Source of the DNA: Chloroflexota bacterium
Lineage (GTDB): Bacteria; Chloroflexota; UBA11872; VXNJ01
Reading direction: 5' to 3'
Length of the DNA stretch: 64,000 bases
NCBI GenBank assembly: GCA_030744875.1
Contig: JASLPR010000041.1
Location: 35,816-99,815, forward strand
In this document: piece after piece, positions 28,201 through 38,094 of the stretch
Numbering within the stretch: the stretch's first letter is position 1
How the letters are laid out: each line of letters starts with the position of its first letter
The notes under the pieces: model-generated
The model's input: only the letters and a program-made list of their open reading frames with translations
What the model was told of the DNA's origin: nothing
The model's database searches: none
Program-made: the position numbers and the translations under genes

Positions 28201-30258
28201 CGCGCTGGGCGGTCTGGCGATTGGCACGTTGTTGAGTGTGTTGGTGCTGGTGGCGCGGCCGCTCTCGTCGATGCGGGAGGGCCTCAATGACATGATCTAC
28301 CCGGACGACCCCGGCGGAGGGGCCGATTCGACGGTGGTGATCGCGGCGATCGACGAGAAGACGCTGGGGCAGGTTGGGGGGCGCCTCTATGAGTGGCCGC
28401 GGAGCGTGCATGCGCAGGCTATCGACAACCTGGCGACGGCGGGGGCGCGAGTGATTTCGTTTGACATCTTGTTCGCCGAGGAATCACCGGATGACGCCGA
28501 GCTGGCGCGGGCGATCCGGAAGGCGGGCAACGTAATCATGCCGGTGGCTGGGATCGTGCAGGAGGTGGCCAAGAGGTAACCGGTGTGTTCGTGGTGCCGC
28601 TAGTTGTGGCGGGCGAGTTCACCTTCTCGGAGTTTGTGACGGCCTTGCCAATCTTCACTGAGGGAGCGCTGGGGCAGGGTCACGCGAACCAACCGATCGG
28701 GCCGGGAAACAAGGTGCGGCATTTGCCGTTGACAGTTGCGGGCGGCGAGGGCACGCGGTTCCCGGCATTGGCGGTGGCCGGCGTGATGGCGCATCTGCGG
28801 CAGTCGCCAATGTCACCGCTGACCTCGGCAAACGGATTCATCAAGGTTCTGCCATCCGGGTTGAGCCGTGACGTGCCGGTGAACGATGTGCGGCAGTTGC
28901 GGATTAACTATGTGGGCGGCACGGCGGCAATGCCACGCATCTCATATGTCGATGCGATCAACAATGATTTCGACCCGGCGGATGTGGAAGGGAAGCTGGT
29001 TTTTGTGGGTCTGACGGCAACCGGGCTCGGTGACATGAAATCAACCCCACTGGCGGAGGAAATGCCCGGGGTTGAGGTCCACGCAAACGCGGCTGACACG
29101 ATGCTGCGGTCACGGTTCCTGCCGGACCCGGAGCCGATGATGACCTTCGCGATCATGATGGAGGTCACGGTCATTTTGAGCCTGACGGTGCCGTTCTGGT
29201 CACTGTTGTGGTCGTCGCTGCTGGGCGTGTTGATAGTGGTCGGCTATGTGATCGTGGCGGCGTTCCTGACGCAGATGGGGCTCCTGCTGGAAATCTCGTA
29301 CCCGGTGGTGCTGATAGCGCTCATGGCGGTAACGATGATGCTGTACCGGAACCTGGCGGAACGGGCGCAACTGACGGGACTGTTCGGTACATACGTGGGC
29401 AAAGGGCCGGTGGCCGCGGCGATCCTGGAGCAGTCGGACACCTGGGCGCTGGGCCTGGGTGGGGACCGGGCGAGCCTGTCGCTGCTGTTCACCGACATCC
29501 GTGGTTTCAGCACCTTCTCGGAGCAGATGGAGCCTCACGCGCTGGTCGATCTCCTAAACGAGTACCTGACAGAGATGACGGACCTGGTGTTCGACGAGGA
29601 CGGGGTACTGGACGAGTACATCGGAGATGCGGTGATGGCGTTCTGGGGCTGGCCGCTCAAGCAGGATGACCACGCCGTGCGGGCGATGAAGACCTCAATC
29701 CGCATGGTGGAAACGCTGGCTGTCATGTCGGAGGACTTCGAGAAGCGGGGCTTGCCGGGGCTGGGTATCCGCACCGGGGTGAACTCGGGCGACGCGGCAG
29801 TCGGCAACATGGGATCGAAGAGTCGCTTCAGCATCATGGCGATGGGCGACAACGTGAACCTGGCGGCGCGGCCGGAGCCGATTAACGACCAGTACGGCAC
29901 GGACCAGATGATCTCGGGCGATACGCTGGAGATGGTCGATGGGGACAGCGATGAGTTCCTGACCCGGCCGATCGATATTGTGGCGGTGAAGGGCCGCACC
30001 CTAGGTACGCACATCCACGAGCTGATCGGCTTCAACGACGGCAAGCACTTTACGGATCACATCGCTCCCTGGAACGAGGCGATCGATCTCTACCGCGGGA
30101 TGAAGTTCCGGGAGGCGATCATGGCTTTCGAGAAGGTGCTGCAGATCAGGCCGGACGATGGACCGACGAAGCTGTACCTGGAGCGGTGCGCGGCGATGGC
30201 GGAGGACCCGCCGGAGGGCGCTTGGGACGGCGTGCTTGTGATGAAGTCGAAGGGCTAG
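28130..30258 (+). CDS. CHASE2 sensor-domain adenylate/guanylate cyclase (class III), with an apparent frameshift near 28575
   Basis: In frame 2: an N-terminal TM followed by CHASE2 (STVVIAAIDEKTLGQVGG..., ISFDILFAEESPDD..., AGNVIMPV) ending at TAA 28577-28579. In frame 1 from 28585: CHASE2 continues, then more TM, then the cyclase core (FTDIRGFSTFSE, IGDAVMAFWG, MGDNVNLAARPE). Confidence 0.7.
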
Positions 30259-30337
30259 GCGGTAGCGCTACGGCGGCCCTGATGACTGCTCCGAGGGACT
30301 TCCCGGAGCCGACTGTTTGGCTGAGGACGAATGGTGA

Positions 30338-30364
30338 GGATCGTCGGTTCTACACCGACGATCC
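30338..30364 (+). terminator. Inverted repeat (10-bp perfect stem, 7-nt loop) ~80 nt downstream of the cyclase stop. It may be a factor-independent terminator shared by the convergent genes.
   Basis: GGATCGTCGG ttctaca CCGACGATCC, with no strong U-tract after it. Confidence 0.4.
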
Positions 30365-30528
30365 GAGATCATTGGCTGTTCGCGGTCCTGCTACAGATCT
30401 GGAGTAGTCCGCACATCTGGCTGTAGATCGATCGCGGCCAGTACGCGTCCCCGATAAGAGAAATCGTCTGGCGAGGCCGCACCCGGAATAGGCTGTGCAG
30501 TTCGCCCTCGCCGTCCTCAGAAGATTGC

Positions 30529-33500
30529 CTAGGCGTCGGCGGTGATGCGCTCGATCTGTTGCTGGAGGTAGCGGCCGGTGTGGGAATCGGGGCAGCGGGC
30601 GACGCTGGCGGGAGTGCCGGTGACGACGACCGCGCCGCCGGCTTCGCCGCCTTCGGGTCCGAGGTCGATTACGTGGTCGGCCTGGGCGATGACGCTGAGG
30701 TCGTGCTCGATGACGACGACGGTGTTGCCGGCTTCAATGAGGCGATTGAGAACCTCGAGGAGCAGGCGCACGTCGGTGGGATGGAGCCCGACGGTGGGCT
30801 CGTCGAGCAGGTAGATGGTGCTGCCGGTGGCCGGGCGGCATAGCTCGGCGGCGAACTTGATGCGCTGGGCCTCGCCGCCGGACAGGGTGCGCGAGGACTG
30901 GCCGAGACGGATATAGCCGAGGCCGACGTCGCGCAGGACATCGAGATGGCGACGGACGCGGGGAACGTTCTTGAAGTGCTCGACGGCTTCATCGACGGTC
31001 ATCTCGAGAATCTCGGCGATGTTCTTCCCGGCGTAGCGGACACGCAGTGTCTGGGAGTTGTAGCGGCGGCCCTGGCAGACTTCGCAGAGGACTTCGACGT
31101 CGGCGAGGAATTGCATGGAGATGCGCTGATAGCCTTCGCCGCGACAGGTAGTGCATTTGCCGGGGCCTTCGTTGAAGCTGAATCGGCGGATGCCGAAGCC
31201 CATGACGCGGGATTCGGGCAGGCGCGACATGAGGGCGCGGATGGGATCGAAGACGCCGGTGTAGGTGGCGGGCGTGGAACGGGCGGTGCGACCGATGGGC
31301 GACTGGTCGACGACGACGACTTTGTCGATCTGTTCGACGCCGTCGAGACCGTCGAAATCACCGGGGAACTCCATGGCGCCGTGGATGGTGCGGCGCAGGG
31401 CACGCTTGAGGATGTCGTCGATGAGGGTGGACTTGCCGGAGCCGGAGACTCCGGTGACCGCGGTGAACGAGCCGAGGGGGATTTCGACGTTCATGTTCTT
31501 GAGGTTGTGCTCGCGCACGCCGCGCAGGTTCAGGAAGCCCTGCGGGCTGCGCGGGATCATCTTGACGCGCTGGACGATTCCGGGGCTGCGGAGAACCTGG
31601 CCGGTGACCGAGCGTTCGGCGGCGGTGATGTCCTCAAGGGTTCCCTGGGCGACGACTTCACCACCAAGTTCGCCGGCGCCGGGGCCGAGGTCGATGAGGT
31701 GGTCGGCATGGCGCATGGTGGTTTCGTCGTGCTCGACGACGATCAGGGTGTTGCCGAGGTCGCGGAGGCGGTCGAGCGAGGCGAGAAGGCGGGAAATGTC
31801 ACGCTGGTGGAGGCCGACGGAGGGTTCGTCGAGGACGTAGAGGGCGCCGACGAGGCGGGTGCCGACCTGGGTGGCGAGGCGGATGCGCTGGGCTTCGCCG
31901 CCCGAAAGCGTAGCGGTGCGGCGGTCGAGGGTGAGATAGCCAACGCCGACTTCTTCAAGGAACTCGAGTCGGTTGCAGATCTCGTTGAGGGCGGGGCGTG
32001 CGATCTCGGTTTCGTCCTGGCGAAGTTGGGCCAGGTCCGGGTCGGCGAGAATGTTGCGGAAGTGCTGGAGAGCGCCGGTGACGGTGAGGCGCATGACGTC
32101 GGGGAGGGTGAGGCCGGCGAAGCGGACGGCGCCGATCATCGGTTCGAGACGCTCGCCGTTGCAGACGTCGCAGGAGCGCTCGCGCATGAAACGCTCGAAG
32201 AAGTCGTGCTTGGCGGGATTGCGGGTGCGCTCGTACCAGCGCCAGAAGATGGGGATGAAACCCTCCCAAGGCTCGCTGCGGGTGCTGGAGACGCTGCTGC
32301 TTTCGTCGTAACGCTCGTAGGTGCGTTCGATGGGCTGGTCGCCGGAGCCGAAGAGGATGGCCTGTTCAACCTCGGGGGAGAGTTGACCCCACGAAGCGTA
32401 GGGGTCGAAGTGGTAGTGATCGGCGAGGGCGGTGATCCAGCGACCCCACCAGGAGTCAACGGGGTCGGAATCGAGAAAGGCGAGGGCGCCTTCGGCGTAG
32501 CTGAGGGAACGGTCGGGGACGACGAGCTCGGGCTCGAACTGCTTGTGGGTGCCGAGGCCGGTGCATTCGGGACAGGCGCCGAGGTAGGAGTTGAAGGAGA
32601 AATGGCGGGGAGTGAGCAGGCCGTTGAGGCTCTCGCCGCATACTCCGCAGACGGGACCGGTGTTGTAGACGTGGGTGGCGAGGACCTGGCCGTCGGCGCC
32701 GACTTCTTCGGCGATAAGCAGGCCGCCGGTGCGGGCGAGGACGAGCTCGACGGAGTCGCCGAGGCGGTCGTACTGGTCGGGGCCGAGGAGGAGGCGATCG
32801 ACGATTATCTCGACTTCGTCGGATTCGACCGCGTCTAGGTCGGGAAGCTCGTCGGAAAGGTCGTGTACCTGGCCCTCGACGCGGACGCGCAGGAAACCTT
32901 CGCGCAGCAGCTGGCGGAAGAGATCGGCAGCGTCGGGGTAGTTGGGAGAGTCAACGCGAGCGATGAGCTGGACGCGGTTGCCGTCACCAAGCCCGGCGAT
33001 GGCGGTAACGATTTCGCTGGAGGTCATACCCTCGATGGGCCCGTGGCCGTTGGGGCAGTGGGGCCGGCCGGCGCGGGCGTAGAGGACGCGGAGATAGTCC
33101 TGGACTTCGGTGGTGGTGGCGACGAGCGAGCGGGGAGTGCGGGCGGCGTTTTCCTGGCTGATGGCGATGGCCGGGGCGAGGCCGGAGATGCTTTCAACAT
33201 TGGCGTCTTCGAACCGGCCGAGGAATTGGCGGGCGTAGGAGGAGAGGCATTCGACGAAGCGCCGCTGGCCTTCGGAAAAGAGGGTGTCCATGGCGAGAGT
33301 GGATTTTCCGGAGCCGGAGACGCCGGTCATAACCGTGAGGGCGTTCTTGGGGATGCTGACATCGACGCCCTTGAGGTTGTGCTTGGTGGCACCTTTGATC
33401 TGGAGGAAGCCGTCGCCGACCTGGCCGTTGCGACGGCTGCGCCGGGATCGGGTGTTGGTCTTCAGGGGCTCACCGTTGAGGATGGGGGCGAGCATCTGCC

Positions 33501-36300
33501 CGGTGAGGGAGTCGGGGGTTTTGGCGATCTTCTCCGGTCGCCCGGCGGCAACCAACCGCCCACCACCGTCGCCGCCTTCGGGGCCCAAGTCAACGATCCA
33601 GTCGGCGACTTTGATGACGTCGGGGTTGTGCTCGACGACGACGACAGTGTTACCCGCATCGACGAGGCGCTGGAGGACGTCGATGAGGCGCCGGACATCG
33701 GCGAAGTGCAGCCCGGTGGTCGGCTCGTCGAGAATGTAGAGGGTGCGGCCGGTGCCGGGGCGGGCGAGTTCGGCGCTGAGCTTGAGGCGCTGGGCTTCGC
33801 CGCCCGACAGGGTGGTTGACGACTGGCCAAGGGCCAGGTAGCCGAGGCCCACGTCGACCATGGTCTGCAGGATTCGCCGGATGGTGGGGATGGAGTCAAA
33901 GAAATCGAGCGCTTCGTAGATGCGCAGGGCCAGGACGTCGGCAATGTTGCGCTCTTTGTAGCGGACCTTGAGGGTCTCGCGGTTGAAGCGGTCCCCGCTG
34001 CAGACTTCGCAGCTGACTTCGACGTCGCCCATGAATTGCATTTCGACGATGCGGGCGCCGCGCCCGGCGCAGGCCTCGCACCGGCCGCCCTTGACGTTGA
34101 AGCTGAACCGGCCGGGCCGATAGCCGCGGGCGCGGGCTTCGGGGAGGCGCTGGAAAAGATCGCGGATGTGGCTGAAGACGCCGGAGTAGGTGGCGGGATT
34201 GGACCGGGGATTGCGGCCGATCGGCCCCTGGTCGATTTCGATGACTTTGTCGATAGACTCGATGCCTTCGATGCGGTCGTGGGGGCCGGGTTTCTGCTTG
34301 GCGTTGTGCAATTCGACAGCGAGCGCGCGCTTGAGGATGTCGTTGACGAGCGAGGACTTGCCGGAGCCGGAGACGCCGGTGACCAGGGTGAGCGTGCCGA
34401 GCGGGATGGTGACGTTGATCTCTTGCAGGTTGTGGGTGCGGGCGCCGATGACTCTTAGCTTCTCGCCGCTTCCCCGACGGCGCCGGCGGGGTATGGCGAT
34501 CTGCTCTTCGCCACGGAGATATTTCCCGGTCGGGGAGTCGGAGCGGGCGACGCGGGCCGGAGTTCCGGAGGAGACCACCTCGCCGCCGGCGCCGCCGGCG
34601 CCGGGGCCGATTTCGACGACATGATCGGCCTGGCGGATGGTCATTTCATCGTGCTCGACGACGATGACGGTATTGCCCCGGTCGCGCAGGGCGCGCAACG
34701 TCCGCAGGAGGCCAGCGTTGTCGCGGTGGTGCAGGCCGATGGACGGCTCGTCGAGGACGTAGAGGACGCCTTCGAGGCCAGAGCCGATCTGGGCGGCGAG
34801 ACGGATTCGCTGGGCTTCGCCGCCGGCGAGGGTGTCGGCTCCGCGGCCGAGGGTCAGGTAGCCGAGGCCGACCTTTTCGAGGAACTCCAGGCGAAGGTCA
34901 ATTTCGCGGCGGATCTGGGTGGCGATAATTGCCTCGCGCTCACTCATGACACTGCCCTTCATGAAATCGCGGGCGGCGGCGATGGAAAGCGCGGTGACTT
35001 CGGCGATGCTCTTGTCGTTGAAGGTGATGGCGAGGGCTTCTTCGCGGAGACGAGCGCCGTTGCAGTCCGGGCATACCTGGTTGGACATCAGGTCTTCGAC
35101 CCACTCGGCGAGGCCGTCGCCGGATTTGCCACGGCGCCGCAGCAACGGGATGAGTCCCTGCCAGCGGCGGCGTTGGGTGCGAGTGCCCTGGCTGGCGCCG
35201 TCGTCTTCGGACCAGGTGACGGTTTCGGTGAAGGTCTTGCGGCCGGCGCCGAAGAGGATGAGTTCGCGGCTCTCCTCAGACAGTTCGGCCCAGGGGATGT
35301 CGATATCGAAGTTGAAGGCGCGGCCGAGCTGTTTCCAGCTGGTCATCGGCATTTGCGCGTAAAGGGTATAGCCGGATTTGTTGGTCAGGGAGATGGCGCC
35401 TTCGCGGATGCTGAGACGGCGATCGCGGATGAGGTTGTCGGGATCGAAATCAAGGACCCGGCCGAGACCTTTGCAGTTCGGACAGCCGCCCCGCCGGCTG
35501 TTGAAACTGAAGAGCGCAGGCTCGGGGGGCTCGACGCTGGCACCGCACTGGGGGCAGCCGAAGCTGGAGCTGAAGAGGTGGTCGCCTTCTTCGGTGGCGA
35601 CTATGAGCAGCCCGTCGGCGAGGCCAAGGGCCGTTTCGACGGAGTCGGTGACGCGCTCGCGGGTGGAAGTGCCGATCTTGACGCGATCGACCGCGACTTC
35701 GATGTCGTGCCATTTGGTGCGGGCGAGCTGCGGGGCGAGCTCGAGACGCTGCATTTCGCCGTCGATCCGCGCGCGTACGTAGCCGGTGGAGCGGAGCCTA
35801 GCGATCAGCTCGCGGTGCTCACCCTTGCGATGGCGGACCACCGGGGCCAGGACCGTGGCGACGATGCCGTGGGGCAGTTCGAGAATGCGGTCGACAATGT
35901 TGTCGGCGATCTGCGGCTCGATCGGGGTGCCGCAGCGGTGGCAATGGACGTGGCCGATGCGGGCGAAGAGGAGGCGGAGGTAGTCGCTGATCTCGGTAAT
36001 GGTGCCGACGGTGGAGCGGGAGTTGCGGCTGATGGCCCGCTGGTCGATTGCGGCGGCGGGGGCGAGCCCTTCGATGTGGTCGACGTGCGGGCGCTCCATC
36101 TGGCCGAGGAACTGGCGGGCATAGGCAGAAAGCGACTCTACGTAGCGGCGTTGCCCCTCTTTGAAGATGGTGTCAAACGCCAGCGAGGATTTGCCGGACC
36201 CGCTGAGCCCGGTGATGACCGACAGCGAGTCATGCGGGATGTCGAGATCGATGTGCTTGAGGTTGTGTTCGCTGGCGCCACGAACGGAGATCTTGCGCAA
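30529..36300 (-). CDS. Tandem-duplicated UvrA: two complete excinuclease ABC subunit A units fused in one 1923-aa protein (a UvrA-UvrA class of paralog)
   Basis: One continuous ORF starting at TTG after AAGGGA. Unit 1 (aa 1-~960) is close to canonical UvrA: MRKISVRGASEHNLK, the GLSGSGKSSLAFDT Walker A, and a UvrB-binding-like insert between CHRCG and CPQCG (LLAPVVRHRKGEHRELIARLRSTGYVRARIDGE). Unit 2 (from ~aa 965, GFLQIKGATKHNLKGVDVSIPKNALTVMTGVSGSGKSTLAMDT) repeats the whole architecture, with a divergent insert between HCPNGHG and CGVCG. Each unit has two ABC signature/Walker pairs. Confidence 0.9.
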   Translation of the reverse strand: MRKISVRGASEHNLKHIDLDIPHDSLSVITGLSGSGKSSLAFDTIFKEGQRRYVESLSAYARQFLGQMERPHVDHIEGLAPAAAIDQRAISRNSRSTVGTITEISDYLRLLFARIGHVHCHRCGTPIEPQIADNIVDRILELPHGIVATVLAPVVRHRKGEHRELIARLRSTGYVRARIDGEMQRLELAPQLARTKWHDIEVAVDRVKIGTSTRERVTDSVETALGLADGLLIVATEEGDHLFSSSFGCPQCGASVEPPEPALFSFNSRRGGCPNCKGLGRVLDFDPDNLIRDRRLSIREGAISLTNKSGYTLYAQMPMTSWKQLGRAFNFDIDIPWAELSEESRELILFGAGRKTFTETVTWSEDDGASQGTRTQRRRWQGLIPLLRRRGKSGDGLAEWVEDLMSNQVCPDCNGARLREEALAITFNDKSIAEVTALSIAAARDFMKGSVMSEREAIIATQIRREIDLRLEFLEKVGLGYLTLGRGADTLAGGEAQRIRLAAQIGSGLEGVLYVLDEPSIGLHHRDNAGLLRTLRALRDRGNTVIVVEHDEMTIRQADHVVEIGPGAGGAGGEVVSSGTPARVARSDSPTGKYLRGEEQIAIPRRRRRGSGEKLRVIGARTHNLQEINVTIPLGTLTLVTGVSGSGKSSLVNDILKRALAVELHNAKQKPGPHDRIEGIESIDKVIEIDQGPIGRNPRSNPATYSGVFSHIRDLFQRLPEARARGYRPGRFSFNVKGGRCEACAGRGARIVEMQFMGDVEVSCEVCSGDRFNRETLKVRYKERNIADVLALRIYEALDFFDSIPTIRRILQTMVDVGLGYLALGQSSTTLSGGEAQRLKLSAELARPGTGRTLYILDEPTTGLHFADVRRLIDVLQRLVDAGNTVVVVEHNPDVIKVADWIVDLGPEGGDGGGRLVAAGRPEKIAKTPDSLTGQMLAPILNGEPLKTNTRSRRSRRNGQVGDGFLQIKGATKHNLKGVDVSIPKNALTVMTGVSGSGKSTLAMDTLFSEGQRRFVECLSSYARQFLGRFEDANVESISGLAPAIAISQENAARTPRSLVATTTEVQDYLRVLYARAGRPHCPNGHGPIEGMTSSEIVTAIAGLGDGNRVQLIARVDSPNYPDAADLFRQLLREGFLRVRVEGQVHDLSDELPDLDAVESDEVEIIVDRLLLGPDQYDRLGDSVELVLARTGGLLIAEEVGADGQVLATHVYNTGPVCGVCGESLNGLLTPRHFSFNSYLGACPECTGLGTHKQFEPELVVPDRSLSYAEGALAFLDSDPVDSWWGRWITALADHYHFDPYASWGQLSPEVEQAILFGSGDQPIERTYERYDESSSVSSTRSEPWEGFIPIFWRWYERTRNPAKHDFFERFMRERSCDVCNGERLEPMIGAVRFAGLTLPDVMRLTVTGALQHFRNILADPDLAQLRQDETEIARPALNEICNRLEFLEEVGVGYLTLDRRTATLSGGEAQRIRLATQVGTRLVGALYVLDEPSVGLHQRDISRLLASLDRLRDLGNTLIVVEHDETTMRHADHLIDLGPGAGELGGEVVAQGTLEDITAAERSVTGQVLRSPGIVQRVKMIPRSPQGFLNLRGVREHNLKNMNVEIPLGSFTAVTGVSGSGKSTLIDDILKRALRRTIHGAMEFPGDFDGLDGVEQIDKVVVVDQSPIGRTARSTPATYTGVFDPIRALMSRLPESRVMGFGIRRFSFNEGPGKCTTCRGEGYQRISMQFLADVEVLCEVCQGRRYNSQTLRVRYAGKNIAEILEMTVDEAVEHFKNVPRVRRHLDVLRDVGLGYIRLGQSSRTLSGGEAQRIKFAAELCRPATGSTIYLLDEPTVGLHPTDVRLLLEVLNRLIEAGNTVVVIEHDLSVIAQADHVIDLGPEGGEAGGAVVVTGTPASVARCPDSHTGRYLQQQIERITADA

Positions 36301-36593
36301 TTGTCCCTTTCAGGGCCAGGGCCTGCCCCCGGTCGCTGCCCCCCCGTTTCCGGCTGAAGGGGAATGGAGTATTTTCCGGCTGTCCCGACGTCTTGTCAAA
36401 GTTACGGCGTTTCGCGGCGGGTGCGAGGCCGAGCGGGGCGCCGGAGTGCGGTCAGATTGGGGGCCGGGCAGCACGCCGCTGCGCGGCTTCGAGACGAGGT
36501 TTCCGGGTTGACTGGCTCGGGCGCGAAACGCACTCCAAGCGACCTGCTCCCCAAGTGTCGGTGCAGGTTCCGGGGCTCCCGGCCAGGGCGTCG

Positions 36594-36788
36594 CTACTCG
36601 GCGGCCGGCTTACCTTCCTGGGTCGTTCCGCAACGCGTGCAGGTCCAGCCGCGACTGGTCTTCATGCCGAACATCGACCTCTTTTCCCGGTAGACCCAGG
36701 TAGTCGTCTGCCGGCACGACCCGCAAGTGGCCCTCACGTTGTCGCCGTCGGTGGCGACTCCCGTCGTGCCGCTGCTGCTTTCCGCCAT
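36594..36788 (-). CDS. Putative small zinc-ribbon protein (CxxC...CxxC)
   Basis: 64-aa ORF with CGSC and CTRC ~30 residues apart and high GC3. It lies upstream of, and co-directional with, the double-UvrA gene in a 660-bp intergenic region. Confidence 0.35.
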   Translation of the reverse strand: MAESSSGTTGVATDGDNVRATCGSCRQTTTWVYREKRSMFGMKTSRGWTCTRCGTTQEGKPAAE

Positions 36789-36992
36789 CGTCTCCCTCCC
36801 TCACCGCATCGGAGTGGGCTGCTGCGAAATGATGTTAGCAGTTTCGGGTTGTCGGGACTCGGGGGCGCGACGAGAGCGGGAATGGGAACCTTTCTTGCAC
36901 AAGGCAGGGACGGGATGGGCTACACTTGGGCTGCCCATTGTTAACTAATTTGGTCGGTAAGTGTGTCTATTCCCGATATTCCCGAGGAGAGT

Positions 36993-37271
36993 GTGTTGTC
37001 GATTGATGTAAGAGTCCCACGGGTGCTGCGCAGTCACACGGACGGCCTGGCGGTCGTGCCGGTGGACGCGGCGAATCTTTCGCAACTGATGGAAGGCCTG
37101 TTCGGCCGCTTCCCTTCGCTGCGACAGTCATTGGCCGGGGAAGACGCGGACGTGCTGGCCTATACCAATGTCTACGTGAATGATGTTGAGGCTACCGATA
37201 TCGGCGGCCTAGGGGCGGAACTGGCCACCGGCGACACCGTGACCATCCTGCCTTCAATGGCGGGCGGCTAG
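36993..37271 (+). CDS. MoaD/ThiS-family ubiquitin-like sulfur-carrier protein (ends in Gly-Gly); an alternative GTG start is at 36963
   Basis: The C-terminus reads ...GDTVTILPSMAGG*. ~92-102 aa with a beta-grasp-like pattern. GAGGAG precedes the TTG/GTG near 36990. Confidence 0.65.
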   Translation: MLSIDVRVPRVLRSHTDGLAVVPVDAANLSQLMEGLFGRFPSLRQSLAGEDADVLAYTNVYVNDVEATDIGGLGAELATGDTVTILPSMAGG

Positions 37272-37332
37272 CCGCCGATCTGGAACGGCCGGGCTTGCGG
37301 GGTGGTGGGCGCATTTGTTTGCGCCACGGTCG

Positions 37333-38094
37333 CTACGGCAGCGGGGCGCGATCGTTGGCGCCACGGGCTGCGACCAGGTTGATGGCCTCAAGGTAGGAGT
37401 CGATCGATTCGCCGCCGTCGGCCCAGAACCCGTCGAGGACGGTGTAGGTCATTCGACCTTCACGGACGTAGTGATTGTTGACGTCAGTGATTTCCAGTTC
37501 GCCGCGTCCGGAGGGTTTGAGCTCTTTGACGTAGCGAAAGACCGCCGCGTCGTAGAAGTAGAAGCCGGTGGCGATCAGGTTTGATTTCGGCTCGGTGGGC
37601 TTCTCCTCGATGCCGACGATGCGGTCGCCGTCCAGCTCGACCACACCGTAGGATTCCGGGGTATCGACCCGGGTGAGAACCAGTTTGGCCCCCTGATCCT
37701 GGCCGGCAAAATCGGCGGCGGCGGCGCCGAGGTTGCCCTCGATTATGTTGTCGCCAAGGATGACCAGGACATCGTCGTCACCGACGAAGGGCTCGGCCAG
37801 ACCGAGCGCTTGGGCGATGCCGCCAGCTTCGTGCTGGTAGGCGTACTGCAGGCGCTCGAAGCCGAACCTGGACCCGTCGCCGATGAGGGGGAGGAAGTCG
37901 CCGGCGTTCTGCCCGCCGGTGACGAGCATGGCCTCTTTAACCCCGGCCCGGGCGAGCGTCTGGAGCGGGTAGTAGACCATGGGGCGGTCGTAGACGGGGA
38001 GCAGATGCTTGTTGGTCACCGAGGTGAGCGGATGGAGACGGCTGCCGGTGCCGCCCGCGAGGACGACGCCTTTGAGTTTCTTGCCGGAGGTCAT
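37333..38094 (-). CDS. Sugar-phosphate nucleotidyltransferase (short RmlA-like glucose-1-phosphate thymidylyl/uridylyltransferase family)
   Basis: KGVVLAGGTGSRLHPLT motif near the N-terminus. 253 aa. Confidence 0.8.
   Translation of the reverse strand: MTSGKKLKGVVLAGGTGSRLHPLTSVTNKHLLPVYDRPMVYYPLQTLARAGVKEAMLVTGGQNAGDFLPLIGDGSRFGFERLQYAYQHEAGGIAQALGLAEPFVGDDDVLVILGDNIIEGNLGAAAADFAGQDQGAKLVLTRVDTPESYGVVELDGDRIVGIEEKPTEPKSNLIATGFYFYDAAVFRYVKELKPSGRGELEITDVNNHYVREGRMTYTVLDGFWADGGESIDSYLEAINLVAARGANDRAPLP

Noticed and set aside
30946-36357. Two long plus-strand ORFs (630 aa and 578 aa) rich in Gly/Ala/Asp/Glu
   Set aside because: Antisense to the UvrA-UvrA gene. No domain features. GC-rich shadow ORFs.
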